DNA from: a virus
Taxonomy: Duplodnaviria > Caudoviricetes
Virus record (IMG/VR): IMGVR_UViG_3300037400_005125
Span: 25,721 to 89,720 of that record
Direction: 5' to 3' (one strand)
Length of the DNA: 64,000 nucleotides
How positions within the stretch are numbered: the stretch's first letter is position 1; each line of letters opens with the position of its first letter. Under the pieces are notes generated by a model. That model did not search any database. It was not told the DNA's origin and worked only from the letters and a program-made list of their open reading frames with translations. Of this stretch, positions 39,058-49,082 are shown one piece after another. Both the position numbers and the translations under genes were made by a program.

Positions 39058-40051
39058 ACTGAAGAAATATCTCCTTAACATATGGTATGGTCTACCATTT
39101 GGTATGAAAGCTGCTAGTGATGAAATCATCGGTGCTGGTAATTCACTTGATAATGATACAACCATATCTCAGGAAGTTAGTGACAAGAGGGTTGCTAAAC
39201 ACCTTCTAAAAGGTGAAATAACACAAGAGGTAGAGGAATTAAGGTATAGGAATTATAAAGTGGCTGGAGAGGCTGAAAACTATGAATATCTAGGCAATGG
39301 CGTTGCAGTTAAGAAAGAAGGAAATTCTCTTCCAAAAGATGATAGTTTAAAATTCAAATTTTCCCAGGAAAACGGACTTATGGTTACATCAGTTTTAGAT
39401 GAATTACAGAGAGTTGATGACTATGGTGTTGACAAATACAGACTTGAGATTACATACGATTCAACAGTTAGGTTCAAAATTGAACAGTTTGCTACCATGA
39501 TTGATGTAAATATCGACGTAAGAAAAACCACTAATCCAGTAGTAATGGACACTACTTTGCATTTCGAAAAGCAGCCAGACCCATATAACGCTAAATCTAA
39601 ACCATTTATAAATGAGTTAGCTAAACTCAAACAAGTAAAAAACGATTATGAAATTTCAAGGAATGAGATAGCATCATCAGTAAAAACTATTTCATTCACA
39701 ACATATAAGGCAACTAATGAAAAGGATTTTACCAACTATTCATTTGTTGAAGGTTGTAAATTTAAGAAGTTCGAAGAAAACGAACATGAATATCTTCTTA
39801 CATTCTCCTGGGATGGTTATATAAGGTTACCACTTAATCTTGAGAGTAAATACTATTCAAAGAGCATGGATGAGAAATACCAGAAGAAAGAGAAAAAGGA
39901 TGTCGCACCAGAAATGATTGAAGGTGAAAGAAAAGCATATTGTTCTGCATGTGGCAGTGAAATGCCAGCTTATGATGCTGATATTATGAGAGCAAACGGT
40001 CAACAGCCGATATGTAAAAATTGTCTTGAAAAAGCCTTGAATAGCAAATAA
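39050..40051 (+). CDS. Hypothetical protein with C-terminal CxxC..CxxC zinc finger
   Basis: YCSACG..PICKNC; start at ATG 39050. Confidence 0.7.
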   Translation: MNKLKKYLLNIWYGLPFGMKAASDEIIGAGNSLDNDTTISQEVSDKRVAKHLLKGEITQEVEELRYRNYKVAGEAENYEYLGNGVAVKKEGNSLPKDDSLKFKFSQENGLMVTSVLDELQRVDDYGVDKYRLEITYDSTVRFKIEQFATMIDVNIDVRKTTNPVVMDTTLHFEKQPDPYNAKSKPFINELAKLKQVKNDYEISRNEIASSVKTISFTTYKATNEKDFTNYSFVEGCKFKKFEENEHEYLLTFSWDGYIRLPLNLESKYYSKSMDEKYQKKEKKDVAPEMIEGERKAYCSACGSEMPAYDADIMRANGQQPICKNCLEKALNSK

Positions 40052-40078
40052 AAAAACTTATTTTTTAATAAAAGCAAA

Positions 40079-40687
40079 ATGATTACAATAGGAGTAGAAC
40101 TTAATCACGTTGTCAGAAATATCAACAGGCAATTATTGAAATATTATCAGAAGGAGTTCGACCCATCACTTGATGTTGATGAAATTGATGATAGGGTTGA
40201 TGTCATTGGAAAATATATGAAGTTCAGGAGTAAGAAAGAGAAGAGTGACTTTATATATATTGATTACCCTTATGAAATATTCGGTTGCGCTGGAACTTCT
40301 GAGAAGAAACTAGCAGTAAAGATTACAAACTGGCTTGTAAACGTTTCAAATATTGAGGATGAAGATATTAGAATTGTATTTTACAGTCTTAATGAGGAGG
40401 CAATAGCTATTCAATCAACATTTTTCTTCCTTAGTAAAATCGGAGCAAGAGTAAGAAAGGTTTTCTTCCCAAAGAATGTAAAAGAAGTATGGGATGAATG
40501 CGACGTGGTAATTACAGCAAACAACCAGATGTTTGAAGAGGAAATACCAGAAAATAAGAAGATTATTCTCATAAACAGAGAGTTTAATGAAAAAAATAAA
40601 GACAAAGCATTCCTCACGTATGATAATCTGAGTGATGTGATTGACGATAATAATTTCTTTAACAATTTTATACATGCAGAAGGGTGA
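40079..40687 (+). CDS. HAD-fold 5'(3')-deoxyribonucleotidase-like protein with degenerate catalytic motif
   Basis: IGVELNHVVRN at the position of the NT5C-type IGIDxDGVL motif. Confidence 0.45.
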   Translation: MITIGVELNHVVRNINRQLLKYYQKEFDPSLDVDEIDDRVDVIGKYMKFRSKKEKSDFIYIDYPYEIFGCAGTSEKKLAVKITNWLVNVSNIEDEDIRIVFYSLNEEAIAIQSTFFFLSKIGARVRKVFFPKNVKEVWDECDVVITANNQMFEEEIPENKKIILINREFNEKNKDKAFLTYDNLSDVIDDNNFFNNFIHAEG

Positions 40688-41015
40688 TACTAATTTAATT
40701 TTTGACATCAATAAAATCTCGGAGTTTGTATTCGGAGACCCGAATAAGAGAAACAGTGAAGTTGAAATTACAGAGCACTTCGTTTATGATAAGGAGCAGG
40801 ATAAGATGATTCCTAACACAAGGGAGGTAAAGGAAGTGAAGGTAACTGATTTCACAGGTCAAAACACAATCAAGTATGATATGATTAAAATGTTCATTGA
40901 CATTCTTGATTCAATTGAAGACTTAAAAGTGATGACACTTGGTCAAAGTGTAACCCTCAATACACTTGAGGCATATGAACTAATAAAAGACCCAAAACAG
41001 GATAGCGATGAATGA
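40674..41015 (+). CDS. Hypothetical protein
   Basis: ORF track; start moved to ATG 40674. Confidence 0.6.
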   Translation: MQKGDTNLIFDINKISEFVFGDPNKRNSEVEITEHFVYDKEQDKMIPNTREVKEVKVTDFTGQNTIKYDMIKMFIDILDSIEDLKVMTLGQSVTLNTLEAYELIKDPKQDSDE

Positions 41016-42090
41016 TAAGAATAAGAAAGTTATTGAAAACATAGAAAGAGAACTTTCAAGAATTGATAAGAAGGAAAATAAAGTTTATTTCTTCGTGATT
41101 GATACAAAGGGAGTGGCAAGTGGAAGCCTTGAGTATATTTACAACCTTGCCTTGATTGCTAAGGAGGAGGGCTACGACGTGGCTATGCTACACACTGAGG
41201 ATGAGTTTGAGGGTGTTGAATCATGGCTCGGTAAAGAATATTCTGAACTCCCTCATTATAACGTTAATAAAGGAGAAGTTGGTACTTCGCCTTCAGACAT
41301 CCTCTTTATTCCTGAGATTTTCTCCCAGGTGATGAATCAGACAAAGCAATTGCCATGCAAGAGAGTTGTTATTCTCCAGAATTATGACTTTGTTGTTGAG
41401 CAAATGCCATATGCAGCACAATGGGGTGATTTTGGTATTATGGAAGGTATTACCAATTCAGATTACCAAGCAGCACAGATTAATGAAGTATTCCCATATG
41501 TAAAGTTAACAAAGGTTACTCCATATATTTCAAAGATATTTGGTAGTACTATTGCCCCTAAGAATATGGTTATTAACGTGATTGCAAAAGACCAGTCTGA
41601 CATCAAGAAAATTGTAAAGCCTTTCTACTGGAAGTATAATCACCTTAGATGGGTATCATTTAAGGAACTTAGAAATCTTTCAAAGGAGGAGTTTGCAAAG
41701 GCACTTCGTGATAATGCTGTAACGATAATCGTTGATGAAGACGCAAGCTTTATGTATTCAGCACTTGAGGCAATGAAGAGTGGAAGCTTGGTTATGGTTA
41801 AAGTACCTAACACAGAAGTTGAATGGGCTAATGGTGAGGAACTTCCAAACTGTTGTGTATGGTTCAGTGATTACGACACACTTCACAAGCAGATTGCTAG
41901 TGTTGTACGTGCTTGGATTACTGATAAAGTTCCACCAGTGCTTGCTGACGAAGCAAAGAAGACCGTAGAACATTATACCAGGGAAAATACAAAGAAGGAA
42001 TTTGTTGACTATCTTACATCTGTTATTGATAGAAGAAAGAAGGAAATGGAAGAACTACTAATACAAGTTAAAAAGCAGGAGGAAGAGTAA
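41008..42090 (+). CDS. Glycosyltransferase-like protein (GT-B fold)
   Basis: GSLEYIY.LA..L..GY.V, DILFIPE, KRVVILQN, LEAMKSG.LV. Confidence 0.6.
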   Translation: MNDKNKKVIENIERELSRIDKKENKVYFFVIDTKGVASGSLEYIYNLALIAKEEGYDVAMLHTEDEFEGVESWLGKEYSELPHYNVNKGEVGTSPSDILFIPEIFSQVMNQTKQLPCKRVVILQNYDFVVEQMPYAAQWGDFGIMEGITNSDYQAAQINEVFPYVKLTKVTPYISKIFGSTIAPKNMVINVIAKDQSDIKKIVKPFYWKYNHLRWVSFKELRNLSKEEFAKALRDNAVTIIVDEDASFMYSALEAMKSGSLVMVKVPNTEVEWANGEELPNCCVWFSDYDTLHKQIASVVRAWITDKVPPVLADEAKKTVEHYTRENTKKEFVDYLTSVIDRRKKEMEELLIQVKKQEEE

Positions 42091-42887
42091 TGAAGGAACT
42101 GGCAGTGATAATACCAATGCATGAATTTGGTAAAGATAATATAGAACTTCTGAATAATGCAATTTATTCAGTACCAGAGGGTATTGTGATATATCTTTCA
42201 GTACCAAAGGGTACTACAGCAGCTAAGGTTAAGGGTAAATCAGACCGTGCAACATTGGTTGTATCTGAGGAAGACGGAACAAGTTTTGCAGACCTGGTTA
42301 ATAGTGCTGTTAAGAAGCTTGGTGATGATATTAAATGGTTCTCAATTCTTGAGTATGATGATACATATACACCAATCTGGCTCGACAATGTTAAGAGATA
42401 CATTGACTTTATGCCTAACACAAGTGTATTTATGTGCCTTGAGGATATAACGGACTTCAACGATGGTAAGTATATTGGCTTCGGTAACGCTGAAGTTTGG
42501 GCTAGCGCATTCTCAAACGAGATTGGATACATTGATATAGATAGTTTGCAAAACTATTTTGATTTCTATTTAACTGGTTCTGTATTTAACAAGGCTGACT
42601 GGAATGATATAGGGGGGCTTAAGCCACAAATTAAGTTAACGTTCTGGTATGAATGGATGCTAAGGGCAACAAATAAAAGCAAAAAGATTTTTGTTATTCC
42701 AAAAGTTGGATATAATCACAATCTAAATAGAAAAGGCTCACTTGTTAATAAATATAGAGAGTCCATGTCTAAAGAAGAGGTACAATGGCATTTTGACATG
42801 GCTAAAAGAGAATATCTATATCACCCAAATGTTAAAAGAGAGCCATCTAAATTTGAATATAAATCTAATGAAGAGGATAACAACTGA
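42090..42887 (+). CDS. Glycosyltransferase family 2-like
   Basis: AVIIP, WFSILEYDD.Y.P.WL, VF.K.DW..IGGL, EWMLRA. Confidence 0.7.
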   Translation: MKELAVIIPMHEFGKDNIELLNNAIYSVPEGIVIYLSVPKGTTAAKVKGKSDRATLVVSEEDGTSFADLVNSAVKKLGDDIKWFSILEYDDTYTPIWLDNVKRYIDFMPNTSVFMCLEDITDFNDGKYIGFGNAEVWASAFSNEIGYIDIDSLQNYFDFYLTGSVFNKADWNDIGGLKPQIKLTFWYEWMLRATNKSKKIFVIPKVGYNHNLNRKGSLVNKYRESMSKEEVQWHFDMAKREYLYHPNVKREPSKFEYKSNEEDNN

Positions 42888-43812
42888 AGAATTTAAAAAT
42901 AGGGTAGTTTTAGTTCATAAAGGTAAATATACTTATGATAAAACAGATTTGGAACATCGAGATGATAAAGGAAAAGTAATTATTACTTGTCCAATACATG
43001 GTGATTTTTTACAAACGCCTAAAAATCATCTTCATGGTCAAGGATGTCCGCTATGTAATCATAGGTCTATTAAATATACTATCAATGAAATTAAAGAAAA
43101 AATACTTAATAAATATGGAGATAATTATGATGTTTCTTTAATTAAAGAATATAATTGTAATACCCAGAAATTGCCATTGCTATGTAAGGAGCATGGATAT
43201 TTTGAAGCAACTTGGAATGATTTAGACCATAATCATGGATGCCAAATTTGTGGAAAAATAAAAAATCATAATAACACAAGAAAAAGTAGTGAAAAGTTCA
43301 TTGAGGAATCAAAAATTATTCATGGTGACAAATATGATTACTCACTTGTAAACTACAAATCTGCACATTCTCATATTACATTAATTTGTAAAAAATGTGG
43401 TAAAATATTTAAAATTACTCCGCATGAACATCTTAGAGGTAAAGGATGTCCAAGGTGTAATGAAAGTATATTAGAAAATGAAGTGAGAATGTTTCTGGAT
43501 AATAATAATATAAGGTATATTGAAAGATGTAGAAATAATATTTTACCTTGGATAGGGAGGCAGCATCTTGATTTTTATTTACCAGATTATAAAATCGCAA
43601 TAGAATGTCAAGGTGAACAACATTTTGAGCCAATTGGGTATTTTGGCGGTGAAGCTGGCTTTATTAAAAGACAAGAACTTGATATTAAAAAGAAAGAACT
43701 TTGCGAAAATAATGGCACTTTACTACTTTATTACTCTAAAAATAAAAGTAAAAAAATGTTGGGTAATAAAATATACCATTCATTTAATGAATTAATGAAC
43801 GCCATTAAATAA
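42868..43812 (+). CDS. Free-standing homing-endonuclease-like protein (zinc-ribbon repeats plus DUF559/Vsr-like nuclease)
   Basis: Three repeats of KY.Y....I.C..HG.F...P..HL.G.GCP.C; C-terminal LDFYLPDYKIAIECQGEQH..D..K; start at ATG 42868. Confidence 0.75.
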   Translation: MKRITTEEFKNRVVLVHKGKYTYDKTDLEHRDDKGKVIITCPIHGDFLQTPKNHLHGQGCPLCNHRSIKYTINEIKEKILNKYGDNYDVSLIKEYNCNTQKLPLLCKEHGYFEATWNDLDHNHGCQICGKIKNHNNTRKSSEKFIEESKIIHGDKYDYSLVNYKSAHSHITLICKKCGKIFKITPHEHLRGKGCPRCNESILENEVRMFLDNNNIRYIERCRNNILPWIGRQHLDFYLPDYKIAIECQGEQHFEPIGYFGGEAGFIKRQELDIKKKELCENNGTLLLYYSKNKSKKMLGNKIYHSFNELMNAIK

Positions 43813-44027
43813 ACCTATTGCATATATTTATTTTGTTATTTTCAATGGCATTAATTACGATGGTTAATGCCATTTTTTAAGTACATCAACAAGGCACACG
43901 AAGATTCTCGTTTGGGAATGTGAAAGAAAGTGTGTTTAATTTACGCAGAATTGCCTTTGGTGTGATATTTAGTAGTATAAATAATAATAACTGGGGCATA
44001 TCCCCACAAATATAAATATTATCACAA

Positions 44028-44798
44028 ATGTCAGAAGTTTGCGTAACTGAAGAAAAAGTAAAGAAAAAAAGGGGTAGAAAGCCTTCAAAGGAAAGAAAAG
44101 GTTACTTCTATGAGCGTGAGGAACAAGCTGTTGTAGATTACATTGCTACAAATGATGAAAAGGAAAAAAATAGGATTTACAACACAATACTTCGACCAGC
44201 GTTTACCAAGATGGTAGAATCGATTATTAGGAGATACAACCTGTATCCACCTGATGAAGAATTCCAGGAAACATTTGATGACACAATATCATTTCTTATG
44301 ACAAAATTATCCTGTTTCAGACCAGAATCAGGATATAAGGCTTATTCATATTGCGGTACAATATGCAAAAACTATCTCTATTATAAAATCAACCAATTTA
44401 TTAAGAATCAGAAAAGAAACGCATCATATGACAATCCAGCAGAGGAATCATTAAATGTAAATGACAGCATGAAGTTTTCGTATAATGATAATGATGCTGC
44501 CAGGACTTTTATATCTGAACTTACTGGCTCTACAGTAGATAATATACAAAACATTCTCAATGATGCTGATAAGTTCAAACTTAATGAGAATGAGAAGAGA
44601 GTTGGTTCTGCATTGGTTAATCTTATGACAAACTGGGAGGAGTTATTCGCCCAGATGGGTAGTGACAAATTTAATAAAAGTTCAATTCTTCTTTTCCTTA
44701 AAGAAACCACTATGCTAAATACTAAAGAGATAAGAGATGCCATGAGGATTTATAAGAAAAAATATTATGATGTTAAGTGGGAACTTATTAACGAATAA
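44028..44798 (+). CDS. Phage sigma factor, T4 gp55-like (late transcription)
   Basis: AFTKMVESIIRRY, DDTISFLMTKL..F.PE.G.KAYSY.GTI.KNYL (sigma region 2-like). Confidence 0.65.
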   Translation: MSEVCVTEEKVKKKRGRKPSKERKGYFYEREEQAVVDYIATNDEKEKNRIYNTILRPAFTKMVESIIRRYNLYPPDEEFQETFDDTISFLMTKLSCFRPESGYKAYSYCGTICKNYLYYKINQFIKNQKRNASYDNPAEESLNVNDSMKFSYNDNDAARTFISELTGSTVDNIQNILNDADKFKLNENEKRVGSALVNLMTNWEELFAQMGSDKFNKSSILLFLKETTMLNTKEIRDAMRIYKKKYYDVKWELINE

Positions 44799-44829
44799 AT
44801 CCAAAATAATCTATTTATAACAAAAAACT

Positions 44830-45231
44830 ATGGGAAAACTTAAGATAGAACTTAATGATATTCAGAATATAAGAGACCTTTTGCAAGAGACATATAGGCT
44901 GGCTGATGAACAAATTGTGCAATCACAGAATGAAATTAACAAATTAGCCACTGCTACTAGCCTACAAGATGAGGCAATGGACGCTAAGGCAAAATACGCT
45001 AAAGCAATTAATGACTACATGTCAATGAAGGACAAGGCGATTGCTAAAAAACTTGATATTGCAAAACTTTTAACTGACATTTATCATCATAATGGTGACG
45101 TTAAAGGTGCTCTTGAGAATGGAGAAGCAGCAAAGAACATGTCATTTGATTTTGATGACATAAGAAAAATTGTTGATGATTCACTCAATGAGCAAGAAAA
45201 AACTAAGACAATTCAGCTTAATAAGAAGTAA
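44830..45231 (+). CDS. Hypothetical helical protein
   Basis: TATTTATA upstream. Confidence 0.65.
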   Translation: MGKLKIELNDIQNIRDLLQETYRLADEQIVQSQNEINKLATATSLQDEAMDAKAKYAKAINDYMSMKDKAIAKKLDIAKLLTDIYHHNGDVKGALENGEAAKNMSFDFDDIRKIVDDSLNEQEKTKTIQLNKK

Positions 45232-47483
45232 TGGCTAATTTAAAGAAGATGGAAGCAGAGACGGTGGCAACCATCGATACTGCGAAAGCTATGATTGATA
45301 AAGTGTTGACCATAATGGAGATTATGGTTAACATGCCATCTTTGTCTGCTACTTTCTCAGTTAGTCCTATGGAGTTTTTGCTGAAACTCTTGGAACATGC
45401 TGGAGTAACATATGAAGACTTGAAATTATGGTTAACAGACTTCTTAATTTACACACTACCAGCTCTTGAGGTTGGTGTAAAGGCAGTCCTTCTTACAAAC
45501 TTGAAGAACATGGTTTCTTGCTCAATAGACCCAAGAATACCAGAGAAATATAGAAAGTTACACAAAGAAATTACTAATATTAATACGCCTAACGAATATG
45601 GTATTGATATTGACATAGAATCAATAGATTTCCTTGATAAATTGTCAGTAAGTCCATTATCTGATTTTGGACGTGATATGTATTTCGGTCAAAACGGTGT
45701 CGATGATGTTTATAAGTTTGCAAGGGCTGATGACTTCGATGCATTCCTTTGGTTTGTAATGCACAAGGGCAAATTCCCTATGCCATCAGATGTTACTATA
45801 AGTGGTAGTACTTTTGGTGATGATGTGCATGGTATTGGTATTTACACAGTAGCACCTGAGGGTGGCACACTTTTACAGGAACTTAAACTCACACCATCTG
45901 GTGAACAAGCGTCATCCATTCTTCCAGGAAACACTTTTAAATACACAACTAAGGCAGGTACTAGTTCTTCTTCTCCTGGCGTTCTTTCAATGTGTATTGA
46001 TGCTACAAGAAATAGTAGCGGAGATATTGTAAGTAATACCCTTGTTCCAGTATCAGATGACCTTACTAGTGTTAACTGGTACATAAGGAGAAAAGACCAG
46101 CTTGGCGATAATATCGTAGGGAGTTATGCAGCAGGAAAACCTGAAAAAACATATGTCAAAGGTAAATACAAGACCACTGGCGTTAAAACAAAAAACAAAT
46201 CAAGGGATTATTCTAAAGAGAAAGCAATATGTAATCTTCAATACATAGACAATTCATCAGCAGGCTCTAGAATCAGTGGGCTTGCAAGCAACAAATTCAG
46301 ATTCACAATATTACCTAAGCCATATATACATATACCATCAGTAGCAGATGGAGAACCAGCATGGAGATTTAAAAAGTTGTTGTTCGACGCTAATGGTAAT
46401 TATGACCCAAACGGTAAATATACAATACCATTAACAGCTACTGAAGGTAGTAAAATTGATGATTATATACCAGTGACAATAGGTAGTGCAATTATAAAGA
46501 TAAATGTTAAATCTGGTAACGTTGAAGTTGAAGACACCAAAAAGTTAATTCCTAATCTTATTGAATGTTATCCTGGACTAACTGTTTATGAGTTCAATTA
46601 CGACTATGTAATGGGTATGAAGCTATTTGATGCTAAAGTTATGGCATCTACGCTTCTGCAAACTCTCGTAAACACCAAGCTTGGTATTAATCTTACACTT
46701 GCTCAGAAACAACAGGAAGCACAGGAAAGAATAGTAAGCATTGTAAAAAATATTGTAAACACTGACGAATCTGAATCAAATGAGTGTTATTTTTCTTTTG
46801 ATAACGCAAAATATGATGATTTATTAAAAAGGGCAGAACAGAAAAGGGCTAAAAGGCAAGCATTTGGCAATGTAACCAGGGACGCTGGTGTTTTCACTGA
46901 TGTTAATAAGATACTTGAAGAATATGATTCTGCAACTGAACTACATGAAAAGAAGGAAATTCTTAGTAGAGCAATTGATAGAGCTGCTGCAACTGTAAGC
47001 GAAGGAAGCGATGGAGAAGATAAATACAATGTACAATTTTCTTTTGTCCTAGACCTTATAGAGAATCTTGTTATGGCGCTTATTAATGCCGTAATGTCTC
47101 CAAAAGTTCTCATGCTTCTTGAAGTCAATGAGAGACTTATGGGTGGGTCTTGGAAGAAGTTTACAGTAGAAGACCTTCTTAAGGCAATGATGAATATCAT
47201 AAACGCACTTGTAAAGGAAGTGCGTGACCTGTTGATTCAAGAGTTATTGAAACTTCTAATGAAATACTTACATCCTATTATTGAATTGATGGGTAGTATA
47301 ATCGTTAGAGAAAAACTTGATGCTTATGCTGAATTGATAGACAATATCATTAAGAATTGTCCTCTTATATGGTTCAGATTTGGTAATCAGGACCTTGAAA
47401 CTAAGCTTGATACGGTTGATTATGCTGATATTGATGTAAGTTCAACTAGAGCAGGAGATAAACCATCAACTAATAACTGTTAA
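45231..47483 (+). CDS. Large hypothetical protein, probably baseplate-associated
   Basis: 750-aa ORF in the operon leading to the gp5-like gene. Confidence 0.6.
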   Translation: MANLKKMEAETVATIDTAKAMIDKVLTIMEIMVNMPSLSATFSVSPMEFLLKLLEHAGVTYEDLKLWLTDFLIYTLPALEVGVKAVLLTNLKNMVSCSIDPRIPEKYRKLHKEITNINTPNEYGIDIDIESIDFLDKLSVSPLSDFGRDMYFGQNGVDDVYKFARADDFDAFLWFVMHKGKFPMPSDVTISGSTFGDDVHGIGIYTVAPEGGTLLQELKLTPSGEQASSILPGNTFKYTTKAGTSSSSPGVLSMCIDATRNSSGDIVSNTLVPVSDDLTSVNWYIRRKDQLGDNIVGSYAAGKPEKTYVKGKYKTTGVKTKNKSRDYSKEKAICNLQYIDNSSAGSRISGLASNKFRFTILPKPYIHIPSVADGEPAWRFKKLLFDANGNYDPNGKYTIPLTATEGSKIDDYIPVTIGSAIIKINVKSGNVEVEDTKKLIPNLIECYPGLTVYEFNYDYVMGMKLFDAKVMASTLLQTLVNTKLGINLTLAQKQQEAQERIVSIVKNIVNTDESESNECYFSFDNAKYDDLLKRAEQKRAKRQAFGNVTRDAGVFTDVNKILEEYDSATELHEKKEILSRAIDRAAATVSEGSDGEDKYNVQFSFVLDLIENLVMALINAVMSPKVLMLLEVNERLMGGSWKKFTVEDLLKAMMNIINALVKEVRDLLIQELLKLLMKYLHPIIELMGSIIVREKLDAYAELIDNIIKNCPLIWFRFGNQDLETKLDTVDYADIDVSSTRAGDKPSTNNC

Positions 47484-47495
47484 AAAATAATAACT

Positions 47496-47870
47496 ATGGG
47501 TATATCACAAATTTGCCAGAGTATTAAAAATTATTTTTCAGATACAAGACCGCCAGCACAACAGTTACCTAGGTTGTTATTGGTATGTTCTTTAATTAAA
47601 AGACCTGGTCTGTCTGTTATAACATCAACATCTAACATTGTGAAAGATTTGAATATGATGGGAATTCCTACAGGTCCAATGCCAGATGGTAGTCCTAACC
47701 TTACAGTTGCTCATGCGTTTGCAACAACAAAGGAAATATTCAGGGCATTGAAATTGGATGCGGTTGTTCAGGTTGGTATGGCCCCAGGTACGTTGAACAT
47801 TCAGGTAGGACCTGCTATGGGTACTAACCTTAATTGTGGAAATGAAACACTTAATGGAACTGTAGTATAA
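47496..47870 (+). CDS. Hypothetical protein
   Basis: ORF track. Confidence 0.65.
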   Translation: MGISQICQSIKNYFSDTRPPAQQLPRLLLVCSLIKRPGLSVITSTSNIVKDLNMMGIPTGPMPDGSPNLTVAHAFATTKEIFRALKLDAVVQVGMAPGTLNIQVGPAMGTNLNCGNETLNGTVV

Positions 47871-48061
47871 TGAAAAAGAAAGTTGATTTTTCAAAGTTAT
47901 CTAATGCTGAGATAAACTTGAAGATAATGGGTTATGAAAACGAATACAACGTTAAAAAAGATAAAATAATATCTTTAGTTGGTGATTTACAAGAATTAGA
48001 TGACTTGTTTATAAAAGCTAATGAAGAACTTAAAAAAAGGGGTGTTTTGAGCAATGGGTAA
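47870..48061 (+). CDS. Small hypothetical protein
   Basis: Translationally coupled on both sides. Confidence 0.6.
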   Translation: MKKKVDFSKLSNAEINLKIMGYENEYNVKKDKIISLVGDLQELDDLFIKANEELKKRGVLSNG

Positions 48062-48980
48062 GGTTTTAATGAAAATAGGAAAGGTAATAGAGGTTGAAGA
48101 CAAATTTTCAAAAGACTATGCCAATGGACTTAGAGTACGTGCAAAACTTGATATAGACAAACAGAAACAGAAGATAAATGAGCTTATTCCTTGGGCTTTT
48201 CCATTGCTTCCTAAGTCATTGCAGGTAGTTCCTAAGGTTGGAGAAGCTGTATTAATTATTGCCGACGAAACTGGTGAATTTTCTTCAGCACAGAGGTATT
48301 ACATAGGACCGCTTATATCGCAGCCACAATATAATACGTTCTGTTCTTCAGAGGATGCCACAACCCTTTTACAAAATTCTGAGAGAAATCCCATGCCAGC
48401 TATTGAATGGAATAGCAATACTAATGGTTCATTCCCTGATTCTAGTGACATTGCCGTTGTTGGTAGAGGTTCTGAGGATGTCATACTCAAATATGATGAC
48501 AAATCAAAGACAAGTGAAGTAGATATAAGAGCTGGTATAAGAGGTGATGCTGGTTCTGGGTTAGTAGAAAACGGTATTGTAGGTAATGTTATATTCAATG
48601 GTACTGACCCAGCATATATACAATTGAAATATAAAAAGGGTATAGCAACTGGTGAAAAGAATATGGCTAACAGTCTTATTAATATAGTGGCTAATAGAAT
48701 TAATATAATGAGTAATAGAGATTCTGAAGTTAGTCATGACTTAATGGATAGAGATACATTAGTTAAGGAAGAGGAAATGGATAATATAATGGATAGGCTT
48801 CATCAAGTTCCTAAAGGAGACAAACTAGTAGAACTACTTGAACTTATGAAGGGAGCTATTCTTCATCATGTACACCCTTGGGCTGGTATGGAACAATGTG
48901 GAGATAAGCCAGGATTCATTAATCAACTTAAGGATTATGATATGCAAAAGATTCTGTCTGAGTATGTTAGAATATCATAA
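48054..48980 (+). CDS. Baseplate hub/spike protein, gp5/VgrG-like OB-fold
   Basis: IGKVIEVED..RVRA..PWAFPLLP..VPKVGEAV.I..RYYIGP; C-terminal HHVHP metal-binding motif. Confidence 0.7.
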   Translation: MGKVLMKIGKVIEVEDKFSKDYANGLRVRAKLDIDKQKQKINELIPWAFPLLPKSLQVVPKVGEAVLIIADETGEFSSAQRYYIGPLISQPQYNTFCSSEDATTLLQNSERNPMPAIEWNSNTNGSFPDSSDIAVVGRGSEDVILKYDDKSKTSEVDIRAGIRGDAGSGLVENGIVGNVIFNGTDPAYIQLKYKKGIATGEKNMANSLINIVANRINIMSNRDSEVSHDLMDRDTLVKEEEMDNIMDRLHQVPKGDKLVELLELMKGAILHHVHPWAGMEQCGDKPGFINQLKDYDMQKILSEYVRIS

Positions 48981-48984
48981 AGAG

Positions 48985-49014
48985 AATGCGGTCACTGTTG
49001 ACTGCATTTTTTTT
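48985..49014 (+). terminator. Intrinsic terminator of the gp5-like gene; its U-tract is the cassette 2 insertion site
   Basis: ATGCGGTCA-ctgt-TGACTGCAT stem with T8 (49007-49014), directly followed by the GGGAA TIR. Confidence 0.8.
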
Positions 49015-49042
49015 GGGAATGATATACTTGTTGGCACTAAAA

Positions 49043-49070
49043 ATGGGTGAGCCTTAATTGGTTCACCCAT
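49043..49070 (-). terminator. Terminator of the cassette 2 cargo gene
   Basis: Minus strand ATGGGTGAACC-aattaa-GGCTCACCCAT followed by T-tract running into the TIR. Confidence 0.75.
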
Positions 49071-49082
49071 ATATTTTGTTTT

